64,000 bases of DNA from Muribaculaceae bacterium. GTDB lineage: Bacteria; Bacteroidota; Bacteroidia; Bacteroidales; Muribaculaceae. This document shows, piece by piece, positions 16,741 to 25,869 of the stretch. Numbering within the stretch: position 1 is the first letter of the stretch; the number at the start of each line of letters is the position of its first letter. The notes beneath the pieces are model-generated. The model made no database searches and was not told the DNA's origin. It saw nothing but the letters and a program-made list of their open reading frames with translations. The DNA is taken from positions 27,967 to 91,966 of the forward strand of contig JAFQKI010000017.1 in the NCBI GenBank assembly GCA_017396945.1, in the 5' to 3' direction. Made by a program: the position numbers and the translations under genes.

Positions 16741-19239
16741 ATGAAAAAACTTTTACCAAACCTATTAGCAGCGTCGGCTATCGCGTTCTCGGCGACCGGA
16801 GTTAACGCGACAGAGCAAATCGACATCATTGGCACAACTTGGTCATTAGACACGTTGTATCATGCCAAAATCGGTCCGGGTACAACCCAGACACATCTTG
16901 AGCTCATCAACCCTTCAGGTTCAAAGCTCCAAGTATTTTATCTGACGGTTGACAAAACCACCCCCGGAGTCTCTATGCGTTCGGTGTGTGCGACCGACAA
17001 AGTCGCCGGCAACGAAACCGTAAGAAAGATGGCAACCCGCAAGAGCGGAGACAACGTGTTGTATTTTGCCGGAACCAATGGCGACTTTTATAGTACAAGC
17101 GGAACCGCAACTAATGGGTCGAGCGTCGTTGGCTCTCCAACAACCTCTTGTACCGTGGATGGTGAGATATTCAAATCCTCAAACAGCAACTATCAATTTG
17201 TCGTTGACACTGAAGGCGTGGCACGCATCGGTCGCTTAAACTACTATACAGGAACCGCAACTATTGGCGAAAAAGTAACATTGTTTAAAGGTGTGAACGT
17301 CGGAGCACCCAACAATGGTATCACAATTTACACCCCCCGCTATTGGGGTTCAGCCAATCAAGAGGAGTATGCCGGCTCATGTGCCGAAGTAACCGCAAAG
17401 CTCGTTGAAGGCGACTCATTTTCAGCTGGTGGAAAATTCCGTCTTGAAGTCACTTCAGATCCAACGACTACAGGCGACGCAATAATCCCCTCTGATGGCT
17501 TTGTTATATTTGGTCGTGGCACATCCAAGACCGGATGCAATACCGGAGCCGTTGACTTTGTGAGCGCACTCAAGACAGGTGACATTGTGGAATTTGACAA
17601 CATAATTTTGTGGGGGCCGACAAAAGATGAACAGACAGAACGCATCTACCCCTACACAATCGTGTCGGGTAATCCAAAAAATGTAGGAGAAGGTGTAACA
17701 CTCGACACAGAGGGTGAACGTGGCGACGCGTCATCTCTACATCCTCGCACCGGTATCGGTGTAAGCCAAAGTGGCGACAGTATCATCATGATGGTTGTCG
17801 ATGGTCGCAATGGACAAAACTCAATCGGTGTGCGCACATCGCAACTCGCCGACATTATGCGTTGGGCTAAGGCTTACGAAGCCGTGAACCTCGATGGTGG
17901 TGGTTCGTCAACATTATATACTTCGGCCTTTGGCGTGCGCAATCGCTGTAGCGATGGCACTGAACGTTCTGTAGGTAATGCGATATTTGCGGTGCTTGAA
18001 GCCGAAAACTGCAACGATACCGAGATTGCTGAAATCCGCTTCAAAGATTGGGCGATGAAATTCCCCGTTAACGGTGTGTATTCACCCGTGATCTATGGAT
18101 ATAACAAATATGGCGTACTTGTTGACACAGATGTTAAAGATTTTACGCTTTCTTGTCCAGAATCACTCGGTGAAATCATCAACGATGGTAAAACATTCTT
18201 TGGCAACGGCTCGGGCTATAACGCGTTGACCGCCACTTACAATGGTATTACCGCAACGTTGCCCGTAACCATCGTAACTGATGTAACCGGAGAACTAAAA
18301 TATAACGATATTCTTCTTGACAACTATCGCGATTGGTCTATTGACGTACAATCACTCGTTAATGGCGACTATATGGAAATCAGCCCAATGGTATTCTCCT
18401 GGACTTCATCAGACGTGGCGGTGGCGACCGTATCAACCGAAGGCGTCGTTAATGGGTTAAAGAATGGCAATACCACTATTACCGGTACGCTTAAGGACTA
18501 TGTAGGCACAATCAATCTCACCGTTGAATGTCCCACCGACCGCATTATGGCAATCAAATCAGCCTCTGATTCCGCAACCTACACCGTGTCAAAATCAAGC
18601 ATCAAAAACCTTGGTATCAAGACACTTGAAAACGGACTCGGAATTGACTATGCTTTGTCATCGGCCCGCGGTCCTATCATCAAATTAAGCAGCGATAGCG
18701 GTATCAGAATTTGGAGTCTTCCCGATCAATTGCAATTGCGAGTAAAACCAATTGGAGATGCCGCACTTACCCGTATAACCGTGGGGATTATTGCCAATGA
18801 TAATACTCCTTATCAAATCAAATTTGAAAATATCACCTCCGGCGAAGAAAACATCCTTACGGTAAATCTTGCAGACAACTTCGACATCAACGATTTGGGT
18901 AATTATCCGATAAAATTGAAATACATCTATATCGAACCTAAGGGTAAAACATCAACTGACTATCGCATCGAGATGCCCGGCATTGAAGCTGTTTATCTTA
19001 ATGCCCCCTCTGATATCGAAGATGTCATCGCCAATAATGTCAACAACCTCAATGTCACAGTTGCAAATGGAGTGATTTCAATCGACAATACAGCTGAAAT
19101 AATTGAGGTTTACAATGTAGCCGGACAAAAGGTCGCGCAAGCCGTAAATACATCATCAATGGCGGCTCCGGTTCCCGGCGCATACATCGTAAAAGCGATT
19201 ATCAACGGAGAAGAGTTCTCAAGCAAAGTAATTTATTAA
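16741..19239 (+). CDS. T9SS-secreted phosphodiester glycosidase (DUF2233/NAGPA-like) family protein with Big_2-like domain, paralog 1
   Basis: 832 aa with a signal peptide. The catalytic-region pattern is ...FAGTNGDFY ... MMVVDGRNGQNSIGVRTSQLADIMRWAKAYEAVNLDGGGSSTLY ... GNAIFAV. There is a Big_2-like segment (FSWTSSDVAVATVSTEGVVNGLKNGNTTITGTL). The C-terminus EVYNVAGQKVAQ...GAYIVKAIINGEEFSSKVIY looks like a T9SS sorting domain. Confidence 0.7.
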   Translation: MKKLLPNLLAASAIAFSATGVNATEQIDIIGTTWSLDTLYHAKIGPGTTQTHLELINPSGSKLQVFYLTVDKTTPGVSMRSVCATDKVAGNETVRKMATRKSGDNVLYFAGTNGDFYSTSGTATNGSSVVGSPTTSCTVDGEIFKSSNSNYQFVVDTEGVARIGRLNYYTGTATIGEKVTLFKGVNVGAPNNGITIYTPRYWGSANQEEYAGSCAEVTAKLVEGDSFSAGGKFRLEVTSDPTTTGDAIIPSDGFVIFGRGTSKTGCNTGAVDFVSALKTGDIVEFDNIILWGPTKDEQTERIYPYTIVSGNPKNVGEGVTLDTEGERGDASSLHPRTGIGVSQSGDSIIMMVVDGRNGQNSIGVRTSQLADIMRWAKAYEAVNLDGGGSSTLYTSAFGVRNRCSDGTERSVGNAIFAVLEAENCNDTEIAEIRFKDWAMKFPVNGVYSPVIYGYNKYGVLVDTDVKDFTLSCPESLGEIINDGKTFFGNGSGYNALTATYNGITATLPVTIVTDVTGELKYNDILLDNYRDWSIDVQSLVNGDYMEISPMVFSWTSSDVAVATVSTEGVVNGLKNGNTTITGTLKDYVGTINLTVECPTDRIMAIKSASDSATYTVSKSSIKNLGIKTLENGLGIDYALSSARGPIIKLSSDSGIRIWSLPDQLQLRVKPIGDAALTRITVGIIANDNTPYQIKFENITSGEENILTVNLADNFDINDLGNYPIKLKYIYIEPKGKTSTDYRIEMPGIEAVYLNAPSDIEDVIANNVNNLNVTVANGVISIDNTAEIIEVYNVAGQKVAQAVNTSSMAAPVPGAYIVKAIINGEEFSSKVIY

Positions 19240-19260
19240 TTCTCACCTATATCAACACCG

Positions 19261-19292
19261 AGGAGGCGATTCATCATCGCCTCCTTGTTTGT
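19261..19292 (+). terminator. hairpin between the two paralogs (weak terminator or attenuator)
   Basis: aggaggcgat (19261-19270) pairs with atcgcctcct (19276-19285), followed by tgtttgt. The hairpin overlaps the track ORF start at 19285, which supports the downstream ATG at 19309 as the real start. Confidence 0.4.
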
Positions 19293-19308
19293 AATAAGCC
19301 TCTCTGTC

Positions 19309-21750
19309 ATGAAAAGATTTACAACAATAGCTCTCTCCTCTTTAATAACTTTGACATCATTGGCGTCAACCACTGTACAACTTCAAGGTGTTGTTTTTAA
19401 TGTTGACACATTAAAGCATGTCAAAGTCGGTCCCGGTACAATGTACACATCCTACTTGTTTACCTCACAAACCTCCTCAAAAACATTTAGAGCCTACTCT
19501 TTATCAATGGAAATGCGAGGACACGACAATGTGGAGTATCGCATGGAAATAGGAAATGACACTACATTGACTACCGAGCGCATCTCAAGCATCGCTCAAC
19601 GCAAATCCAAAGCCGGTACTCACTATTTTGCCGCAGTAAATGCCGACTTTTATATTACATCATCATACGTTCCCGAATATGCGGGGCAACCCCACATGGA
19701 CTGTATCATGAATGGTGAAATCGCCGGGACCGGATACCTTGATGCCTCTGACTATGGACATTTCTTTATGGATGCCTATAAACAGATGTGGTGTGATAAC
19801 CCCACTCAATCGTTCACCATCACTTATCCCGATGGCACAACGATAGAAATGCCTCGCGTCAATCAAGATATTTATGAAAATGAGACAGTATTGTTTAACT
19901 CAAAATATGGTAGGCAAACTCGTATCGCCAGTTGCACCGAAGTTCAAGTCGCTCTTGCCGAAGGTGAGTCATGGGGGATAAACCGTCCGATAAAACTCAT
20001 TGTTACATCAGCGCCTTCAACTGCCGGACACACTCCCATCGTTGCCAATGGAGCTGTACTTAGCGCAACAGGGACAGCGGCCGCTCACATTGCTGCTCTT
20101 AATATCGGTGATGAGATAACCCTCAACTGCTCAATATCACTACAAGATTATGGCATCTCGCCCGACATAAAAGAATGTAGCGGTGGCGACGTCGTTATCT
20201 TGAAACGAGGCGAAGTAGTAATGGATGCTATAAGATTTATCAATGGACGCGATAGTAACAATCCACGCACCATGTTGGGATATAACGAGGATCGCAGTAT
20301 AATGGTGTGGGGACTTGTTGATGGTCGTCGCACCGGGTTTTCCGATGGTTGTACCTACCCAGAAGGTGCCGAGGTTATGAAATTCTTTGGTTGCCATGAT
20401 GCTCTCAACGTCGATGGCGGAGGCTCATCGGGTATGTACATCAAGCCTTTCGGCATCGTGAACTCTCCCAGCGATGGTAATGAACGTGCTGTCAGCAATG
20501 GCATATTTGCCGTTCTCAATGCCCCGGAGGACAATGAGATCGCCGAGATACGTTTTGTCGATTGGGCGATGCAATTCCCCAAATATGGCACCTACAAACC
20601 TATAATTTATGGCTACAACCAATATGGCTTATTGATTGATACCGATGTCACCGGTTTTACATTGTCTTGTCCCCCAGAATTAGGTGAGATTACCGACAAC
20701 GGAACCACATTCTTTGGAAATGGAGATGGCTCATATCCATTAACCGCAACCTATAATGGGCTTACTGCAACGCTGCCGATAACCGTAATCGGAGATGCCG
20801 CGTCAGAGCTGAAATATACCGATGTGTTATTAGATAATTATCGGGAATGGAGCGTTGACATACAAGCCAAAGTAAATGACAGCTACATGGTGGTCAGTCC
20901 CGAGGCATTTTCATGGGCATCAGGCGATGAGACTATAGTCTCAATCGATGACCGTGGCGTCGTGAAAGGTCTAAAGAATGGTTCAACCACAATAACAGGA
21001 ACTCTTGGCGATTTTACCGGCACGATTAATCTCATTGTTGAGTGTCCTGTTGACAAGGTTATGGCAATAGACAATGTAGCCGACTCAGCCTGTTGGACTG
21101 TAGCGAAATCAGGCATCAAAAATCTTTACATTAAACCGCTCAATAACGGATTGGCGATTGATTACATGATTTCATCAGCTCGCGGTCCCATCATCAAATT
21201 AAGTGGAGAGAAACGTATGTGGAGCCTGCCCGATGCCATACAATTACGGATGACTCCTATTGGAGATGGTGCTATCTCACGCGTCACAATCGGGATGATT
21301 TCCAATAAAGGCGAAACCGTTACCGCTAAAATTGAAAGCTTTATTTCCGGCGAAGAGAATTGTTTAACATTTAATCTTGCCGATTATTTTGACACCAACG
21401 ATATAGGAATATACCCCATCACATTGAGATATATCTATATAGAGCCAAAAGGCAAGACCTCAACAGCCTACCGCATTGAAATGCCGGGCATTGAGACTGT
21501 TTATAACAATGCTCCTTCAAGTGTGGAAAATGTCAAGATTGAAAGTATTGATAGATTAGATATCTCAATTGTCCACGGCTCAATCCATATCGGTCATCAA
21601 GCTCAATTGATAGAGATCTATAACCTTGCCGGTCAAAAAGTCACGGAAGCTCATGACTGCGCATCGATAAAATCTCCTACTGCCGGAGTTTACATTATAC
21701 GCGCGATAATTAATGACACTCCATTGACCGCAAAACTGATAATCAGATAA
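19309..21750 (+). CDS. T9SS-secreted phosphodiester glycosidase (DUF2233/NAGPA-like) family protein, paralog 2
   Basis: 813 aa counted from MKRFTTIALSSLITLTSLAS. It has the same architecture as paralog 1 (FAAVNADFY ... VDGRRTGFSDGCTYPEGAEVMKFFGCHDALNVDGGGSSGMY ... NGIFAV, a Big_2-like segment, and T9SS CTD EIYNLAGQKVTE...GVYIIRAIINDTPLTAKLIIR). Confidence 0.7.
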   Translation: MKRFTTIALSSLITLTSLASTTVQLQGVVFNVDTLKHVKVGPGTMYTSYLFTSQTSSKTFRAYSLSMEMRGHDNVEYRMEIGNDTTLTTERISSIAQRKSKAGTHYFAAVNADFYITSSYVPEYAGQPHMDCIMNGEIAGTGYLDASDYGHFFMDAYKQMWCDNPTQSFTITYPDGTTIEMPRVNQDIYENETVLFNSKYGRQTRIASCTEVQVALAEGESWGINRPIKLIVTSAPSTAGHTPIVANGAVLSATGTAAAHIAALNIGDEITLNCSISLQDYGISPDIKECSGGDVVILKRGEVVMDAIRFINGRDSNNPRTMLGYNEDRSIMVWGLVDGRRTGFSDGCTYPEGAEVMKFFGCHDALNVDGGGSSGMYIKPFGIVNSPSDGNERAVSNGIFAVLNAPEDNEIAEIRFVDWAMQFPKYGTYKPIIYGYNQYGLLIDTDVTGFTLSCPPELGEITDNGTTFFGNGDGSYPLTATYNGLTATLPITVIGDAASELKYTDVLLDNYREWSVDIQAKVNDSYMVVSPEAFSWASGDETIVSIDDRGVVKGLKNGSTTITGTLGDFTGTINLIVECPVDKVMAIDNVADSACWTVAKSGIKNLYIKPLNNGLAIDYMISSARGPIIKLSGEKRMWSLPDAIQLRMTPIGDGAISRVTIGMISNKGETVTAKIESFISGEENCLTFNLADYFDTNDIGIYPITLRYIYIEPKGKTSTAYRIEMPGIETVYNNAPSSVENVKIESIDRLDISIVHGSIHIGHQAQLIEIYNLAGQKVTEAHDCASIKSPTAGVYIIRAIINDTPLTAKLIIR

Positions 21751-21783
21751 TAGAATTTAGCATCAGGAGGAGGCGTAGCCCTA

Positions 21784-23037
21784 TCACCAACCGCCGGAGG
21801 CACCGCCTCCTCCTGTTCCACCACCACCGAAGCTACCACCGGAAAAACCTCCGCCTCCGCCAAATCCGCGACCACCTCCACCCATTATTATAACAGGGGG
21901 ATTTACCGTGCGAGCTATCGTATAGGAAATGGTCGATGTCTTGTTGCAATTAAGACACATGTATATCTTCATCCCACACCCCTCACGCTGAGGTGTTGCG
22001 TTAACAACAATGCGGTCTTCTTTAAGAGTACACATTCTTGCACCACATCGTTCACACGTGGTGTAGTTTTTTTGTTTGTTTATATATGGTAGCACATCGG
22101 TCTCTCCACAAGTGTCACATAGCCACACGTCATAATCAATCGAGTCATAACGTTCCTCCATGTCTTGAGCCGGAGTGAGATAATCATTATCTCTCACCTC
22201 ATCAAGACGACGCATCTTGTTTTTGCAATTTGGGCATTGTCGTGGTTTGCATCGCCAACGCTTCATCATAAACGTCAACAATATATAAAGCAACAACGGC
22301 ATCCCAAGGCATAGGAAACAACAAAACAACATTGGCATCTTTAGCGCGTCGGCCTTTTGATACTTCTCAAACAAGTCAAGGTTTCTCACGCTCCACAACA
22401 TGTACAAAAACCACAACAGCAAGCCTAAAGTTAGCACAGCAGCAAAACTTACATACATCATAAACCAGTCGTCACTCCCCTGCTTCGCATCATTCTCATA
22501 CTTAGATTTCAATTCCTCGGTCGCGCCGGGAGTAGTCATTACATATTCGAGTTGCTTCAATGCCGCGATAGTACCCGCGTCATAGTCGCCGTTTTTGAAG
22601 TTTGGTGCCATGTCGTCTCTTATTATACGTCCGGCGATAATATCAGGCACAACCCCCTCAACGCCATACCCCGTGCGTATCACCGCTTTACGTTGACCTT
22701 TGACTATCAATACCAGTAATCCGTTGTCATTATCCTTTTTCCCGATTCCCCATTTGGTGAATAACTCGGTGGCAAATGTATTGATGTCGGCATTGCCGAT
22801 ATCGTTAACCGCCACAACAACGACTTCGGCGGTTGTTTCCCTCCAAATCCCGGAGATTATAGAGTCAGATTGCGTTACCGCGCTTTGCGAAAGTATGCCA
22901 TCGGGATTTGAGACATATCGAGTATGATCCGTTACATGAACATTCGGTATCTCATCTACGGTATAAGCCGTTACCGATACAACAGAGACAAGACAGATTG
23001 TTATGATAGATAGAAGTCGTGTCATTTCTTTTTCCAA
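21784..23037 (-). CDS. TPM domain-containing membrane protein (YgcG-like) with cytoplasmic double zinc-ribbon insert and Gly-rich tail
   Basis: 417 aa. Signal anchor, then a TPM domain (VVVVAVNDIG...GLLVLIVKGQRKAVIRTGYGVEGVVPD), then two TM helices. Four CxxC pairs follow (C268/271, C307/310, C328/331, C361/364). The tail reads GGGGRGFGGGGGFSGGSFGGGGTGGGGASGGW. Confidence 0.7.
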   Translation of the reverse strand: MEKEMTRLLSIITICLVSVVSVTAYTVDEIPNVHVTDHTRYVSNPDGILSQSAVTQSDSIISGIWRETTAEVVVVAVNDIGNADINTFATELFTKWGIGKKDNDNGLLVLIVKGQRKAVIRTGYGVEGVVPDIIAGRIIRDDMAPNFKNGDYDAGTIAALKQLEYVMTTPGATEELKSKYENDAKQGSDDWFMMYVSFAAVLTLGLLLWFLYMLWSVRNLDLFEKYQKADALKMPMLFCCFLCLGMPLLLYILLTFMMKRWRCKPRQCPNCKNKMRRLDEVRDNDYLTPAQDMEERYDSIDYDVWLCDTCGETDVLPYINKQKNYTTCERCGARMCTLKEDRIVVNATPQREGCGMKIYMCLNCNKTSTISYTIARTVNPPVIIMGGGGRGFGGGGGFSGGSFGGGGTGGGGASGGW

Positions 23038-23047
23038 TTAAAGATTA

Positions 23048-24394
23048 CTACACAGCCGGGAGGCTCATCCCATTGAGTTTGCGATAAAGATCCAATGCGT
23101 AAACATCGGTCATCCCCGATACATGGTCGATTACCGCTTGAATTTTTCCATAAAGAGTGGGGGCGGTCACGTCATATTGTTGCGGGACTTTAGACAGTAG
23201 CAATCGAGAATAATTGAGATTGGGATTGCACACGGCATATATCAACTTTTCCATCAAAAACGTAATGATGCGATTACCCGCCAATTCGATATCCACCACA
23301 TCACTTGCACGATATATTTTGTCCCACGACAAGTCGGAGCAACGTTGATATCCTTCGCGCTCAAGAGCGGGGACATGATCTAGCAAGGAACCGACAAACT
23401 CGCCTCGCAATATCTCCTGCTCATGCTCAACAAAGACCCGGGCGCAACGATTGACAAGCGTACCAATCACGCATGACCGCATATATGAGACTTTCTCATT
23501 GGGGTCATCTACCCCCTCCATTACTTCAATCATATGTTGGCGACGCTCATTATCAAAAAATCCCAAAAACAATCCTTTAACCTCATCGGTGGTGAGTATG
23601 CGCAACTTGTGGGCATCCTCTATATCCATCACCTCATAGCATATATCATCGGCCGCCTCAACGATATAAACTAATGGATGACGCGCATAACGCACCTCTC
23701 CGTTTTCTCCCGGACGAGAAATCATGCCAAGTTCAGTCGCTATTTTCACAAAATCCTCCTTCTCAGATGCAAAAAAACCAAATTTATTGGCTTTTACCGC
23801 TATACTTGATTCGTAGGGGTATTTCACTATTGACGCAAGCGTCGAATAGGTCATGGCAAATCCGCCCGGACGACGACCTTTAAATTGATGAATGAGCAAC
23901 CGCAACGCATTGGCGTTTCCCTCAAATTGGATAAGGTCGTTCCATTGTTCTGGTGTCAAGTCATTTTTAAGATCTGCGCCGGCTCCTTCTGAAAAAAATG
24001 TTGATATTGCTTTTTCTCCTGAGTGCCCAAATGGTGGGTTCCCCAAGTCATGAGCCAAGCACGCGGCGGCGACAATATCTCCGATTTCAGCGAGTTTGCG
24101 ACTCCACTCACAACCGGCATATTTCTCCATCAATACTTCACTGATCTCATTGGCAAGTGACCGACCGACACAAGCCACCTCCATGCTGTGAGTAAGACGG
24201 TTATGCACAAATATGCTTCCGGGCAATGGAAACACCTGCGTCTTGTTCTGCAATCGGCGAAATGGCGACGAAAACACTAAGCGGTCATAATCTCGCTGAA
24301 AATCACTTCGTGAACCCTTGCGGGGATTATGATATTTTTCCAACCCAAATCGTTTGTCACATATCAACCGGTCCCAATGCATCATTTCATCCAT
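23048..24394 (-). CDS. dgt: dGTP triphosphohydrolase-like HD-domain protein
   Basis: 448 aa. Contains FQRDYDRLVFSSPFRRLQNKTQVF, HNRLTHSMEV and AACLAHDLGNPPFGHSGE, the HD-domain dNTP triphosphohydrolase signature. Confidence 0.85.
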   Translation of the reverse strand: MDEMMHWDRLICDKRFGLEKYHNPRKGSRSDFQRDYDRLVFSSPFRRLQNKTQVFPLPGSIFVHNRLTHSMEVACVGRSLANEISEVLMEKYAGCEWSRKLAEIGDIVAAACLAHDLGNPPFGHSGEKAISTFFSEGAGADLKNDLTPEQWNDLIQFEGNANALRLLIHQFKGRRPGGFAMTYSTLASIVKYPYESSIAVKANKFGFFASEKEDFVKIATELGMISRPGENGEVRYARHPLVYIVEAADDICYEVMDIEDAHKLRILTTDEVKGLFLGFFDNERRQHMIEVMEGVDDPNEKVSYMRSCVIGTLVNRCARVFVEHEQEILRGEFVGSLLDHVPALEREGYQRCSDLSWDKIYRASDVVDIELAGNRIITFLMEKLIYAVCNPNLNYSRLLLSKVPQQYDVTAPTLYGKIQAVIDHVSGMTDVYALDLYRKLNGMSLPAV

Positions 24395-24410
24395 AAATTC
24401 TCTGTTTAGG

Positions 24411-24440
24411 TAAAAAGCGGCTGAGAAAAATCCCAGCCGC
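24411..24440 (-). terminator. rho-independent terminator after asnS
   Basis: gcggctg (24417-24423) pairs with cagccgc (24434-24440). On the minus strand the hairpin is followed by TTTTTA. Confidence 0.55.
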
Positions 24441-24459
24441 GATCCTTATTTTTTCAGTA

Positions 24460-25857
24460 TTAAAATTCAGCGTTGTTTGGTGTGCGGGGGAATGGTATCA
24501 CGTCACGAATGTTGGTCATACCGGTTACAAACAACAACAGACGTTCAAATCCGAGACCGAAACCTGCATGAGGCACTGTACCGAAACGACGAGTGTCAAG
24601 ATACCACCACATATCTTTCATCGGGATATTCATCTCTTCAATGCGTGTCATGAGTTTATCGTAGTTCTCCTCACGCACACTGCCACCGATAATCTCTCCG
24701 ATTTGCGGGAACAACACGTCGGTACCTTGAACCGTTTTCCCATCCTCGTTCAACTTCATGTAGAACGCCTTAATATCCTTAGGATAATCGGTCATGATAA
24801 CCGGTTTCTTGAAGTGTTCTTCCACGAGATAACGCTCATGTTCGCTCGCAAGGTCGCATCCCCAATATACAGGGAACTCAAACTTCTTGCCCGCCGCGAC
24901 TGCCTCTTCAAGGATTTTAACCCCTTCGGTATAAGGCAAACGCACAAATTCAGTGTTAACCACCTCTTTCAAGCGTTCAATCAAACCTTTGTCAATCATG
25001 TTATTGAGAAACTCAAGATCGTCGTTGCAATTTTCAAGAGCCCAGTTGATGCAGTATTTGATAAATTCCTCTTCTAAGTCCATCAGGTCATTGAGGTCGG
25101 CAAATGCCACTTCGGGTTCAACCATCCAAAACTCTGCCAAGTGGCGAGGAGTGTTGGAGTTCTCGGCACGGAATGTCGGTCCAAATGTATAAATAGAGCC
25201 AAGCGCGGTAGCCGCCAACTCTCCTTCAAGCTGACCCGATACCGTCAAACTTGCCTGCTTGCCAAAGAAGTCGTCATCATATATGATTGAGCCATTTTCA
25301 TCCTTCTTCAAGTCATATAGATTTTTTGTAGTGACTTGGAACATTTGTCCGGCACCCTCACAGTCTGATGCTGTGATGATGGGTGTGTGGAAATAGAAAT
25401 ATCCGTGTTCGTGGAAGAATTGGTGAATGGCGATTGCCATGTTGTGACGTATGCGGAAAATTGCGCCAAACGTGTTGGTACGAGGACGCAAGTGAGCTTT
25501 TTCGCGAAGGAACTCAAATGTGTGTCCTTTCTTTTGCAATGGATAAGTATCGGGGTCGGCGGTGCCATATACTTCAAGCGATTCGGCTTGCACCTCTACG
25601 GTTTGCCCTTTTCCCATTGATTCAACAAGTTGACCAACGACATGAATACTTGCTCCGGTCGTAATAGGTTTCAATTGTTCTTCGTTGAATTTTTCCATAT
25701 CAAAAACTATCTGAATGTTTTTGATTGTTGAGCCATCATTAAGGGCGACAAATTGCACAAATTTATTGCCACGACGAGAGCGAACCCATCCTTTCACACT
25801 CACCTGAGTGCCTACAAGCTCAGGCGCGAATATATCTACTATTTTTGTTCTTTTCAT
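24460..25857 (-). CDS. asnS: asparagine--tRNA ligase
   Basis: 465 aa. N-terminal OB fold and a class IIb catalytic core ([21 protein letters not shown]; motif 3 [15 protein letters not shown]). Confidence 0.95.
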   Translation of the reverse strand: MKRTKIVDIFAPELVGTQVSVKGWVRSRRGNKFVQFVALNDGSTIKNIQIVFDMEKFNEEQLKPITTGASIHVVGQLVESMGKGQTVEVQAESLEVYGTADPDTYPLQKKGHTFEFLREKAHLRPRTNTFGAIFRIRHNMAIAIHQFFHEHGYFYFHTPIITASDCEGAGQMFQVTTKNLYDLKKDENGSIIYDDDFFGKQASLTVSGQLEGELAATALGSIYTFGPTFRAENSNTPRHLAEFWMVEPEVAFADLNDLMDLEEEFIKYCINWALENCNDDLEFLNNMIDKGLIERLKEVVNTEFVRLPYTEGVKILEEAVAAGKKFEFPVYWGCDLASEHERYLVEEHFKKPVIMTDYPKDIKAFYMKLNEDGKTVQGTDVLFPQIGEIIGGSVREENYDKLMTRIEEMNIPMKDMWWYLDTRRFGTVPHAGFGLGFERLLLFVTGMTNIRDVIPFPRTPNNAEF

Positions 25858-25869
25858 GATTATCTGTTT

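Noticed and set aside
23048-24394. The dGTPase as an anti-phage dNTP-depletion defence gene
   Set aside because: It is packed between housekeeping genes (asnS, TPM) in a co-directional run and has host-like composition. It looks like the ordinary Bacteroidetes Dgt-like protein, and there are no neighbouring defence or mobile genes.
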